Below the pieces are notes generated by a model, which saw only the letters and a list, made by a program, of their open reading frames with translations, made no database searches and was not told the DNA's origin. A DNA stretch of 64,000 nucleotides. Source: Bacteroidales bacterium (lineage in GTDB: Bacteria > Bacteroidota > Bacteroidia > Bacteroidales > UBA7960). The stretch covers positions 2,815 through 66,814 of the forward strand of contig PWJC01000044.1 in assembly GCA_003560165.1 (NCBI GenBank), read 5' to 3'. The stretch's first letter is position 1, and each line of letters starts with the position of its first letter. A program made the translations under genes and the position numbers. Shown in pieces: positions 9,274-18,163 of this stretch.

Positions 9274-10239
9274 ATGATCGTGGTAACGGGCGCAGCAGGA
9301 TTTATCGGCAGTTGCCTGGCAGGGGCCCTGAACAGGCTGGGGCACAAAGACCTGGTGCTGGTCGATGACTTCTCTTCCCGGCAAAAGCAAATGAACCTGG
9401 CCGGGAAGGTTTTCAGGCAGAAGGTGCACAGGGAGGCTTTTTTCGGGTGGCTGGGCCAGCACCACGCAGAAGTAAGCTTTGTGTTCCACCTGGGTGCCCG
9501 CACCAATACCGCCGAACGCAGCAAGGCCGTTTTCGACCACCTCAACCTGAATTATTCCATGGAACTGTGGAAGGCGTGCACCGCCTACAGCCTGCCCCTG
9601 GTGTATGCTTCCTCGGCAGCGACCTATGGAGAAGGAGAGCATGGCTACAACGACAATCACGACCACCTCCCCAGGCTCAGACCACTGAACCCTTATGGCC
9701 ACAGCAAGCATTCGTTCGATTTGCGGGCGCTCTCATCCCAGGACTCCCCGCCTTTTTGGGCCGGCCTGAAGTTCTTTAACGTTTACGGGCCCAACGAATA
9801 CCACAAGGGGAACATGGCCTCGGCCGTATTCCATGCCTGGAAGCAGATTCGGGAGAAGGGCAGGGTCAGGCTGTTCCGCTCTCACCGGCCAGGCATCGGC
9901 CACGGTGAGCAGCAAAGGGATTTTGTGTATGTAAAGGATGTGGTGGATGTGTGCACCTTTTTGATGCAGCGGCAGAACCCGCCCGCCATTTACAACCTGG
10001 GCACGGGCCGGGCACGGAGTTTTCTCGAACTGGCCGGATCCACCTTTGCTGCCCTGGGAATCCCCCCACAGATCAGCTTTGTGGACACCCCCCTGCCCAT
10101 CCGCGGCAACTATCAGTACTTTACCTGCGCCGACACCGCCAAACTGCGCCGGGCCGGGTACAACAGGGAGTTCTGGACCCTGGAGGAAGGAGTTGCCGAT
10201 TATGTGCAACATTACCTGAGGGGCACCAATTATTACTGA
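9274..10239 (+). CDS. hldD: ADP-L-glycero-D-manno-heptose 6-epimerase
   Basis: 321 aa from ATG 9274 (MIVVTGAAGFIGS...). YASSAATYG, FFNVYGPNEYHKGNMAS, QRDFVYVKDV and NLGTGRA line up with E. coli RfaD/HldD. The longer ORF-track start at 8959 gives a G/R-rich non-protein-like extension. Confidence 0.88.
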   Translation: MIVVTGAAGFIGSCLAGALNRLGHKDLVLVDDFSSRQKQMNLAGKVFRQKVHREAFFGWLGQHHAEVSFVFHLGARTNTAERSKAVFDHLNLNYSMELWKACTAYSLPLVYASSAATYGEGEHGYNDNHDHLPRLRPLNPYGHSKHSFDLRALSSQDSPPFWAGLKFFNVYGPNEYHKGNMASAVFHAWKQIREKGRVRLFRSHRPGIGHGEQQRDFVYVKDVVDVCTFLMQRQNPPAIYNLGTGRARSFLELAGSTFAALGIPPQISFVDTPLPIRGNYQYFTCADTAKLRRAGYNREFWTLEEGVADYVQHYLRGTNYY

Positions 10240-10859
10240 GCCCACCCATTGTTGTCCGAAAGCCCTCGGTGGTGGTCGAGAGACACCCCCTGTTCTTCGA
10301 CAAATTCCATGAGTTCAGGGAAAAAACTCCCGAACTCTTCCGCGAACAGCCGGTAGTGGGTCTTCAGATCCACTACCGCCCCCTCCATGCCCGATTCGTA
10401 GGGGGTGCGTCTGGCCATCCCCCCAAAGTTGAGCGACAGCCGGTCCAGGTCGGCATAATTCACCAGCCAGTTGTTCTCCACCATTCGGGGCAGCACGTAC
10501 CTGGCACGTTCCGGCAGCATATCGAGGTGCTGCTGCAACAAACCGTATGCCCATTCCACATAGCTTTCGAGCGAATGACAGGAGTAGTGGTCCCAGTTCA
10601 AGGCAAGGAAATGATCGTAATACATATCGGTGACCACCCCCGCATAATGACGGCAGGTAGCGCGCAAACGCCCCTTGCTCCGGTTCACCACCGGGTGGGA
10701 GTCGGTAAAGCGGTCTATCTGGCGGTGCAGGCGGATCCCCCCGGCAACGGAAGCGGGATAACCGTTGATCTGCCGGCCCTTGACCATGTCGGCAATGAAA
10801 TTGCCGATGATCAGCCCGGGCTGGTTGCCCGAAAGGTATAAATGGGCCAGGAAATTCAT
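10233..10859 (-). CDS. acpH: acyl carrier protein phosphodiesterase
   Basis: MNFLAHLYLSG...GNFIADMVKG is the AcpH N-terminal signature. 208 aa from ATG 10859. There is a 7-nt tail-to-tail overlap with hldD. Confidence 0.75.
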   Translation of the reverse strand: MNFLAHLYLSGNQPGLIIGNFIADMVKGRQINGYPASVAGGIRLHRQIDRFTDSHPVVNRSKGRLRATCRHYAGVVTDMYYDHFLALNWDHYSCHSLESYVEWAYGLLQQHLDMLPERARYVLPRMVENNWLVNYADLDRLSLNFGGMARRTPYESGMEGAVVDLKTHYRLFAEEFGSFFPELMEFVEEQGVSLDHHRGLSDNNGWAQ

Positions 10860-10930
10860 AAATGGGTAACGGCCCGGGGGGGTGGTTTGTTTTTTGAGCA
10901 GATATTTTCCTACCCATGAGCTAATTTTTT

Positions 10931-10938
10931 TAGTTTTG
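10931..10938 (+). promoter_or_regulatory. candidate -7 promoter box for iorAB
   Basis: TAGTTTTG is an exact TAnnTTTG match, 41 nt upstream of the iorA ATG. Confidence 0.45.
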
Positions 10939-10979
10939 TGGCATTGGAAACCAAGAGCCAAATAAAAAAATAAAATCGT

Positions 10980-12599
10980 ATGCAAAAATTATTACTTCTG
11001 GGCGATGAAGCCATTGCCCAGGCAGGCATAGATGCAGGGATGTCGGGTGTTTTTTCCTACCCCGGCACCCCCTCCACCGAAATTACAGAATACGTAAGGG
11101 CTTCGTCCGAGGCCAGGGAGAAAGGCGTGGTGGCCTCCTGGTGTGCCAACGAGAAAACGGCTGCCGAAACCGCCCTGGGCATGTCTTACGCAGGCAAACG
11201 CAGCATGACCTGTATGAAGCATGTTGGGCTGAATGTGGCCGCTGACGTGTTTTTGAATGCATCCATCACGGGTGCCAACGGCGGACTGATCTTCGTGGTG
11301 GCCGATGACCCGTCCATGCATTCGTCGCAGAACGAACAGGATTCGAGGGTATACGGAGATTTTGCCATGATCCCCGTCCTGGAGCCCTCCAACCAGCAGG
11401 AGGCCTACGACATGGTCTACCTGGGCTTCGAACTTTCGGAGAAATACGGCGTGCCGGTGATGCTGCGAATCACCACCCGGCTGGCCCATTCCAGATCGGG
11501 GGTGGCAAGGAAGGAAGCCCGTACCCAAAACCGCTTCAGGTTTCCGGAAAATGCCAGGCAGTTCATCCTGCTGCCGGCCATTGCCCGCAAACAGTATGCG
11601 CAGTTGCTGGACAAACAGCCCGCTTTTGTGCAGGAGTCGGAGAATTCGGCCTACAATACTTACATGCCGGGGCAGGACCACAGCCTGGGCATTGTGGCCT
11701 GCGGACTGGCCTTCAATTACCTCATGGAAAATTATCCCGGCAGGAAGCCTCCCCATCCGGTGGTCAGGGTTTGCCAGTACCCCCTTCCCCACAGGCAACT
11801 CCGGCGGCTCTATGACGAATGCGACCGCATCCTGGTAATCGAAGAGGGTTATCCGGTGGTCGAACAGATGCTGAAAGGCTTTCTGAACACCGGCAAGCCG
11901 ATCAGCGGCCGGCTCGATGGCGCATTGCCACGTACCGGGGAACTCAACCCCAACCTGGTCGGAGAAGCATTGGGGATTCCCACTGGCAAGCTTGCCAGTA
12001 TCCCCGACCTGGTAGCCAGCCGCCCCCCATCTCTTTGCAAGGGTTGCTCCCATATCGACAGCATGCTCGACCTGAACGAAGCCCTGTCCGGGCACAGCTC
12101 GGGAAGGGTCTTTTCCGATATCGGTTGCTACACCCTGGGAGCCCTGCCTCCCTTTGGGTCTATTAACACCTGTGTCGACATGGGGGCTTCCATCACCATG
12201 GCCAGGGGAGCTGCCGCAGCCGGAATGGATCCGGCAGTGGCCGTCATCGGCGATTCCACCTTTACCCATTCGGGCATGACGGGGCTGCTGGATGCCGTCA
12301 ACGAGGGCTCCAACATCACTGTGATCATCCTCGACAATGCCACCACCGGCATGACAGGGGGTCAACCCTCGTCGGCAACAGGCAAAATAGAGCAGATCTG
12401 CCGGGGTCTCGGGGTAGAGGAAGACCGCATCCGGGTGATCAACCCCCTGAAAAAAAACCACAGCGAAAACACCCACATCCTCAGGGAAGAACTGGCCCAC
12501 AAAGGGGTTTCAGTCATCATTCCGCGCCGCGAATGCATACAAACCCTCAATAAGCGGATGCGCACAAAGGGCAGGGACAAGCAAAGAGCAGAAAAATAA
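10980..12599 (+). CDS. iorA: indolepyruvate ferredoxin oxidoreductase, alpha subunit
   Basis: 539 aa. N-terminus LLLGDEAIAQAGIDAGMSGVFSYPGTPSTEI, TPP-binding GDSTFTHSG...LDN and Cys motifs (CKGCSH). It is followed by iorB. Confidence 0.85.
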   Translation: MQKLLLLGDEAIAQAGIDAGMSGVFSYPGTPSTEITEYVRASSEAREKGVVASWCANEKTAAETALGMSYAGKRSMTCMKHVGLNVAADVFLNASITGANGGLIFVVADDPSMHSSQNEQDSRVYGDFAMIPVLEPSNQQEAYDMVYLGFELSEKYGVPVMLRITTRLAHSRSGVARKEARTQNRFRFPENARQFILLPAIARKQYAQLLDKQPAFVQESENSAYNTYMPGQDHSLGIVACGLAFNYLMENYPGRKPPHPVVRVCQYPLPHRQLRRLYDECDRILVIEEGYPVVEQMLKGFLNTGKPISGRLDGALPRTGELNPNLVGEALGIPTGKLASIPDLVASRPPSLCKGCSHIDSMLDLNEALSGHSSGRVFSDIGCYTLGALPPFGSINTCVDMGASITMARGAAAAGMDPAVAVIGDSTFTHSGMTGLLDAVNEGSNITVIILDNATTGMTGGQPSSATGKIEQICRGLGVEEDRIRVINPLKKNHSENTHILREELAHKGVSVIIPRRECIQTLNKRMRTKGRDKQRAEK

Positions 12600-12622
12600 T
12601 CTTCACCAGAAAAATCAATCAG

Positions 12623-13210
12623 ATGCAAAACGATATTATTCTTGCAGGCGTCGGGGGACAGGGCATTTTGTCCATCGCGGCCATTATCGGGTACGCCGCC
12701 GTAGAGTCAGACCTGTTTCTGAAGCAGGCCGAAGTGCATGGTATGAGCCAGCGGGGGGGGGATGTACAGTCGCACCTGCGCCTGTCTTCGTCAGAGATCG
12801 CCTCCGATCTGATCCCCAAGGGAAAGGCCCATATGATCATCTCGGTCGAACCCATGGAATCGCTCAGGTACCTTCCCTACCTGTCCGACCAAGGCTGGCT
12901 GATCACCAATACCGAGCCCTATGTCAACATTCCCGACTACCCCGGCACCGTGGCCATCCTGGCCGAGATACAACGGCTGCCAAGGCATGTGGCCCTCAAT
13001 GCCGAGCAGATCGCCGGCGAACTGGGCAGCAGGAAGGCCGCCAACATGGTTGTTCTGGGAGCGGCAAGCCCCTTTATCGACATCCCTTTCGCGAAGCTGG
13101 AAGAGGCCATCCGCAAGGTATTCGGCAGCAAGGGCGAAGAGGTGGTGAACCTGAACCTCCAGGCCATGCGCACCGGCCGCGAAGTGGCACAAAACACAGC
13201 GGCCGGTTAA
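12623..13210 (+). CDS. iorB: indolepyruvate ferredoxin oxidoreductase, beta subunit
   Basis: 195 aa with the pyruvate/ketoisovalerate oxidoreductase gamma-type fold signature (ILAGVGGQGILS...AEVHGMSQRGG), immediately downstream of iorA. Confidence 0.85.
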   Translation: MQNDIILAGVGGQGILSIAAIIGYAAVESDLFLKQAEVHGMSQRGGDVQSHLRLSSSEIASDLIPKGKAHMIISVEPMESLRYLPYLSDQGWLITNTEPYVNIPDYPGTVAILAEIQRLPRHVALNAEQIAGELGSRKAANMVVLGAASPFIDIPFAKLEEAIRKVFGSKGEEVVNLNLQAMRTGREVAQNTAAG

Positions 13211-13293
13211 ACAATTGAACTGCATTACAAGTTAGTACACATAGCACGGCAACAACCGCCGCGGAAATGTTCACCTGAAATCATCCAAAAAAA

Positions 13294-13301
13294 TATTTTT
13301 G
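13294..13301 (+). promoter_or_regulatory. candidate -7 promoter box abutting the gcvP start codon
   Basis: TATTTTTG is an exact TAnnTTTG match, only 3 nt upstream of ATG 13305. Confidence 0.35.
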
Positions 13302-13304
13302 CCT

Positions 13305-16190
13305 ATGTTAACCAATAATTTTATCCGCCGCCATAACGGGATCCGCAAGGAAGACGAAGAAAAGATGCTGAAAAAGATCGGGGTGGCTTCGGCCGGTGAA
13401 CTCATCGACCAGACCATTCCCCCCAGCATCCGCCTGAAAAAGGAGATGGACCTCCCCGAGGGGCTCAACGAATACGAATACGCAAACCACCTGCGATCAT
13501 TGGGGGCCAAAAACAAACTCTTTAAATCCTTCATCGGCATGGGGTACTACAACACCATCACCCCGGGGGTTATTCAGCGCAACATACTGGAAAACCCCGG
13601 CTGGTACACCTCCTACACACCCTATCAGGCAGAGATCTCCCAAGGCCGGCTCGAAGCCCTGCTGAACTTTCAGACGGTGATCACCGACCTGACCGGGCTG
13701 GAGCTCGCCAACGCCTCATTGCTCGACGAGGCCACGGCAGCGGCCGAGGCCATGATCATGCTGTACAATTCCCGGCCCAGGGATGCCGCAAAAAAGGGAG
13801 TCAATAAATTTTACGCCTCCGAAAACTGCCTGCCGCAGACCCTGGATGTCCTGAAAAACCGGGCAGCGCCACTGGGCATCGAACTGCTTGTCGAACGCCA
13901 GGATCCCGGCATCCTGGACGACACTTTCTTCGGGGCCCTGATACAGTATCCCGACGCAAACGGGGCCATCGGCCACCAGAAGGATTTTGCAGACCACGCC
14001 AGGGAGCACAATGTCCGCCTGGTGGTGGCAGCCGACCTGCTATCGCTGGCCATGCTGAGCCCCCCCGGAGAATGGGGAGCCGATGTGGTGGTGGGCTCGT
14101 CGCAGCGTTTTGGGGTTCCGATGGGTTACGGTGGCCCCCACGCAGGCTATTTCGCCACCAGGGAAGAATTTAAACGGGGGATTCCCGGCCGCATCATCGG
14201 GGTGTCGGTCGACAAAAACGGCGACCATGCCCTTCGCATGGCCCTGCAAACCAGGGAGCAACATATCAAACGCGAAAAGGCCACCTCCAATATCTGCACC
14301 GCCCAGGCCCTGCTGGCAACCATGGCCGGCATGTATGCGGTGTATCACGGACCTGAGGGACTGAAAAGGATCGCCCGCCACATCAATATCCTGGCCGGAG
14401 TGCTGTCGCAGGAAGCGGAAAAGTACGGGTATACCCAGCTAAACGGATACTTTTTCGATACTCTGCTCATCAAACTGCCCGACAACGTTTATGCCAGCGA
14501 TGTACACCAGATGGCCGTGAGCAAAAAAATGAACCTGCGCAGGATCGATGAAAAACAGGTGGGAATCAGCCTGGATGAGACCAGCTCGCTCCGGGACGTG
14601 AATGCCCTGCTGGAACTATTTGCTGCTGCTGCCGGAAAGCCCTTTTACGAATTTGTCTGCGACCCGGACGAATGCCGCAAGATTACCACCATCCCCAAAG
14701 AGTATAGCCGCAGTTCGGATTTTTTACAGCAGGCCTGCTTCAACTCCTACCATTCGGAAACTGAAATGATGCGTTACCTGAAGAAACTGGAAAACCGCGA
14801 CCTGGCCCTGAACCGTACCATGATCCCGCTGGGTTCCTGCACCATGAAGCTGAATGCGGCCTCCGAAATGTTCGGTCTCAGCTGGCCGGAGTTTGCGGAC
14901 ATTCACCCCTTTGCCCCCGACAACCAGGCCGGGGGTTACCTCGAACTGATCCGCCGCCTGGAGCGAGACCTTTGCGAGATCACCGGGTTTGCCGGCATTT
15001 CCTTTATGCCCAACTCGGGTGCTTCGGGCGAATATACCGGCCTGATGGTGATCCGTGCCTACCATGCCAGCCGGGGCGAAGGCCACCGCAACGTGACCTT
15101 GATCCCTTCCTCGGCCCATGGCACCAACCCGGCCAGTGCCGTCATGGCGGGCACCAGGGTGGTGGTGGTCAAATGCGACGACAAGGGCAACATCGACCTC
15201 GACGACCTGGAAAAGAAAGCCGAAGCCCACAAAGACAATCTGGCGGCCATCATGGTCACCTACCCCTCAACCCATGGGGTATTCGAGGAAGAGATCCTGA
15301 AGGTGACTCACATCATCCACAAGTATGGGGGTCAGGTGTATATGGACGGGGCCAACATGAATGCCCAGGTCGGCTATACCAATCCTGCCATTTGCGGGGC
15401 CGATGTATGCCATCTGAACCTGCACAAAACCTTCGCCATCCCCCACGGGGGAGGCGGTCCGGGTGTGGGCCCCATCGGGGTGGCAGAACACCTGTTGCCC
15501 TTTTTACCCAACCACCCCCTGCACAAAACCGGAGGGGAACAAGGCATCCCCGCCGTGGCAGCTGCACCCTTCGGCAGTGCCTTTATCCTCACCATCACTT
15601 ATGGTTATATCCGGATGCTGGGAAGGGAGGGGCTGAAGGAGGCCACCAGGATCGCCATACTGAGCACCAATTACCTGAAGGCGGGCCTTGAAAAAGAGTA
15701 CCAGGTATTGTATACCGGCAAAAACGGCTGGGCGGCCCATGAGATGATCCTCGATTGCAACCCCTTCAGGCGAAGTGTGTCAATCGATGCCATCGACATT
15801 GCAAAACGTTTGATGGATTACGGCTTCCATGCCCCCACGGTCGCATTCCCCGTATCGGGCACCCTGATGGTCGAACCCACCGAAAGCGAACCCCTCTCGG
15901 AGCTCGACCGGTTTATCGATGCCATGATCAGCATACGCGAAGAGATCAGGGAAGTGGAAGAGGGCAAGGCCGACAAGGAGAACAACGTCATCAAAAACGC
16001 CCCCCATACCGCCTCCATGCTGATCGACAGCGACTGGGACAAACCCTACAGCCGCGAGAAGGCAGCTTTCCCGAGGCCCTGGTCGGCAGAGATCAAATAC
16101 TTCACACCCGTTACCCGCATCGACGAGGCCTATGGCGACCGCAACCTGGTATGTACCTGCGATCCGATAGAGAGTTATGCCCAGGATTGA
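13305..16190 (+). CDS. gcvP: glycine dehydrogenase (aminomethyl-transferring), single-chain P protein
   Basis: 961 aa from ATG 13305 (MLTNNFIRRHNGIRKEDEEKML, a typical GcvP N-terminus). The PLP region NLHKTFAIPHGGGGPG is present. The ORF-track start 13299 is a TTG two codons upstream. Confidence 0.95.
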   Translation: MLTNNFIRRHNGIRKEDEEKMLKKIGVASAGELIDQTIPPSIRLKKEMDLPEGLNEYEYANHLRSLGAKNKLFKSFIGMGYYNTITPGVIQRNILENPGWYTSYTPYQAEISQGRLEALLNFQTVITDLTGLELANASLLDEATAAAEAMIMLYNSRPRDAAKKGVNKFYASENCLPQTLDVLKNRAAPLGIELLVERQDPGILDDTFFGALIQYPDANGAIGHQKDFADHAREHNVRLVVAADLLSLAMLSPPGEWGADVVVGSSQRFGVPMGYGGPHAGYFATREEFKRGIPGRIIGVSVDKNGDHALRMALQTREQHIKREKATSNICTAQALLATMAGMYAVYHGPEGLKRIARHINILAGVLSQEAEKYGYTQLNGYFFDTLLIKLPDNVYASDVHQMAVSKKMNLRRIDEKQVGISLDETSSLRDVNALLELFAAAAGKPFYEFVCDPDECRKITTIPKEYSRSSDFLQQACFNSYHSETEMMRYLKKLENRDLALNRTMIPLGSCTMKLNAASEMFGLSWPEFADIHPFAPDNQAGGYLELIRRLERDLCEITGFAGISFMPNSGASGEYTGLMVIRAYHASRGEGHRNVTLIPSSAHGTNPASAVMAGTRVVVVKCDDKGNIDLDDLEKKAEAHKDNLAAIMVTYPSTHGVFEEEILKVTHIIHKYGGQVYMDGANMNAQVGYTNPAICGADVCHLNLHKTFAIPHGGGGPGVGPIGVAEHLLPFLPNHPLHKTGGEQGIPAVAAAPFGSAFILTITYGYIRMLGREGLKEATRIAILSTNYLKAGLEKEYQVLYTGKNGWAAHEMILDCNPFRRSVSIDAIDIAKRLMDYGFHAPTVAFPVSGTLMVEPTESEPLSELDRFIDAMISIREEIREVEEGKADKENNVIKNAPHTASMLIDSDWDKPYSREKAAFPRPWSAEIKYFTPVTRIDEAYGDRNLVCTCDPIESYAQD

Positions 16191-16206
16191 CCGGGCGCGA
16201 TGACAT

Positions 16207-16246
16207 AAAAAAAATGCCGCTTCCTTCAGGGGACAGCGGCATTTTA
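16207..16246. terminator. bidirectional intrinsic terminator between gcvP and the acyl-CoA ligase gene
   Basis: AAAATGCCGCT(16211-16221) pairs with AGCGGCATTTT(16235-16245). An A-run lies on the left and a T-run on the right, between convergent genes. Confidence 0.8.
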
Positions 16247-16268
16247 TGTATTCCGGGCCTTTCCTGCT

Positions 16269-17951
16269 TCACTGTTGCTTCTTGAAATACAGAAAGCGCT
16301 TGATCTTCTTGGTGGGGGTCTTTTGGAATGGCTCGTCCTGTTCCTCGATGGTCGACAGCCGCGAAAAACGGTTCAGCCGGGCGTTGACCCTCGACTGGAT
16401 CTCTGCGAGGCGGTCCTTCACCTTTTGCTGCATCTGCTCGTACAGATGCCCGGCAGACTCCTTCATCTCGTGGTAGCGCTGGTCGATCTCCTCATAGTTC
16501 AGATGAACCCTGGCCACCAGCTTTCCGCGCCATTCGTAAACCAGCGACTCCAGCACATGGCGCTCGCTGTTGATCACTGCTTCGATGTCTTCGGGATAGA
16601 TGTTTTCGCCAGTGGCACTGACGATGACGTTTTTGATCCGCCCCCTGATAAACAGGTAGCCATCCTGGTCGATATAACCCAGGTCGCCCGTTCTGAACCA
16701 TCCGTCGTTGGTGAACACTTCCCTGGTTTGTTCTTCCTGCTTGTAATCCCCCTGCATCACATTGGGTCCGCGGGTAATGATCTCTCCCTCCGCGCTCACG
16801 GGGTCGGGGTCGAGTATCCTGAGCTCCTGCCCGGGAAGGCAAAAGCCCGTCGACTGGAATTTGGTCAGGTCCGGACTGCATCCGGCCAGCAGCGGGGATG
16901 TTTCCGTCAGGCCATAGCCGATGGCATAAGGGAAGCCGGCGTCCCTTAAAAAGCGTTCGGTTGTGGCACTGAGCTTGGCGCCACCAATACCAAAAAACCG
17001 CAGTTTCCCTCCAAATGCCTTGTATATCTTTTTGCCGGCGAGTTTATGAAAGGCCTTTTGAACCGGACGCAACTTCGTCAGTTGCCGCATCAGGGCACTG
17101 CCGCTCAATTTAGGCAACACCCGGTTCTTGTAAACTTTTTCGATGATCAGCGGAACGGTCAGCATCATGGTGGGCTTCACCACTTCCATAGCCGGCAACA
17201 ACACAGCAGGTGTGGGCAGCTTATCGAGATAGTTCACCCAGGCACCGGTCATGAAGGGAATGATAAAACCGATGGTGCATTCGTAGGTATGCGGCAACGG
17301 CAGTACCGACAGCAACCTGTCGGAAGAATCCACCCGTTGTATTCCAAGGGTGTTCACTGCATTGGACATGATGTTTTTGTGGCTGAGCATGACCCCCTTG
17401 GGCTTGCCCGTGGTGCCGGAGGTATACAATATGGCCGCCAGGTCGTCTTCGCGTGGTTCAGGGATGTCTGGAGCCGCCGCCACGGTCCGGGTCAACTTTT
17501 CGACCTTTCCGTACACTTCCATACTGCCCAGGCTGATCGGGCTGAAATCGTCGGTCAGTACTGCCGATTTCAGGCCTGGCGGCAGTTCCTGCTGCAGTTT
17601 TTCGATCAGCTTTTCCGAAACAAGGATCGTCCTGGCCTCGCTGTGGGAAAGTATCTTTTTGATCTCAAGGGGGGTGAAATCGGTCAGTATGGGCACCACC
17701 ACGGCTCCCATGCCGGTAATGGCCAGGTAGGCCACGCCCCAGTTTGGCATGTTCTGACTCAGCAAGGCAATACGGTCGCCCCTGCCAATGCCCAGATCAT
17801 GCAGTAAGGCAGTCAGTTCGCCGACGCGGTCGGATACCTCGCGGTACCTTAGGGGGGTCTCTCCTGCAAACCCAAGTGCCGGAAGTTCGGCAAAACATTC
17901 GGCACTGTTGTTGAGCAGGGCTCTTAGTGTTAATTTATCGGGTAATTCCAT
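16269..17951 (-). CDS. long-chain fatty acid--CoA ligase (AMP-binding enzyme)
   Basis: 560 aa with the AMP-binding motif YTSGTTGKPKGV, GYGLTE and the TGD...DGY..I.GR core motifs. Confidence 0.85.
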   Translation of the reverse strand: MELPDKLTLRALLNNSAECFAELPALGFAGETPLRYREVSDRVGELTALLHDLGIGRGDRIALLSQNMPNWGVAYLAITGMGAVVVPILTDFTPLEIKKILSHSEARTILVSEKLIEKLQQELPPGLKSAVLTDDFSPISLGSMEVYGKVEKLTRTVAAAPDIPEPREDDLAAILYTSGTTGKPKGVMLSHKNIMSNAVNTLGIQRVDSSDRLLSVLPLPHTYECTIGFIIPFMTGAWVNYLDKLPTPAVLLPAMEVVKPTMMLTVPLIIEKVYKNRVLPKLSGSALMRQLTKLRPVQKAFHKLAGKKIYKAFGGKLRFFGIGGAKLSATTERFLRDAGFPYAIGYGLTETSPLLAGCSPDLTKFQSTGFCLPGQELRILDPDPVSAEGEIITRGPNVMQGDYKQEEQTREVFTNDGWFRTGDLGYIDQDGYLFIRGRIKNVIVSATGENIYPEDIEAVINSERHVLESLVYEWRGKLVARVHLNYEEIDQRYHEMKESAGHLYEQMQQKVKDRLAEIQSRVNARLNRFSRLSTIEEQDEPFQKTPTKKIKRFLYFKKQQ

Positions 17952-17968
17952 CGTGCTGGTTTAGTATG

Positions 17969-17976
17969 CAAAGTTA
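17969..17976 (-). promoter_or_regulatory. candidate -7 promoter box for the acyl-CoA ligase gene
   Basis: The minus strand reads TAACTTTG (exact TAnnTTTG), 17 nt upstream of the ATG at 17951. Confidence 0.4.
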
Positions 17977-18104
17977 GGGAAAATCCCGGCACCATTTTCT
18001 TAATAAACCATAAACCTTAGCAAATACAAGCCTTCCAAGATAAACAAACACTATATATGTACGTTTGTTTAATCCATAATACAGTTCCCTTCGGGCAAAG
18101 AGCA

Positions 18105-18125
18105 AGACCGGGGGTTCCCCGGTCT
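18105..18125 (-). terminator. stem-loop downstream of hppA (putative terminator)
   Basis: AGACCGGGG / CCCCGGTCT form a 9-bp stem with a 3-nt loop, 39 nt past the hppA stop. The U-tract is weak. Confidence 0.45.
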
Positions 18126-18163
18126 TTGGTCGGTGAGTTCCGTACAATGCACCCTGTCCTGAT

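Noticed and set aside
13211-13304. Glycine riboswitch upstream of gcvP.
   Set aside because: Only 94 nt of intergenic DNA are available, with no extended conserved stem architecture visible, and a promoter-like box abuts the ATG. That is too short for the usual tandem glycine aptamers.
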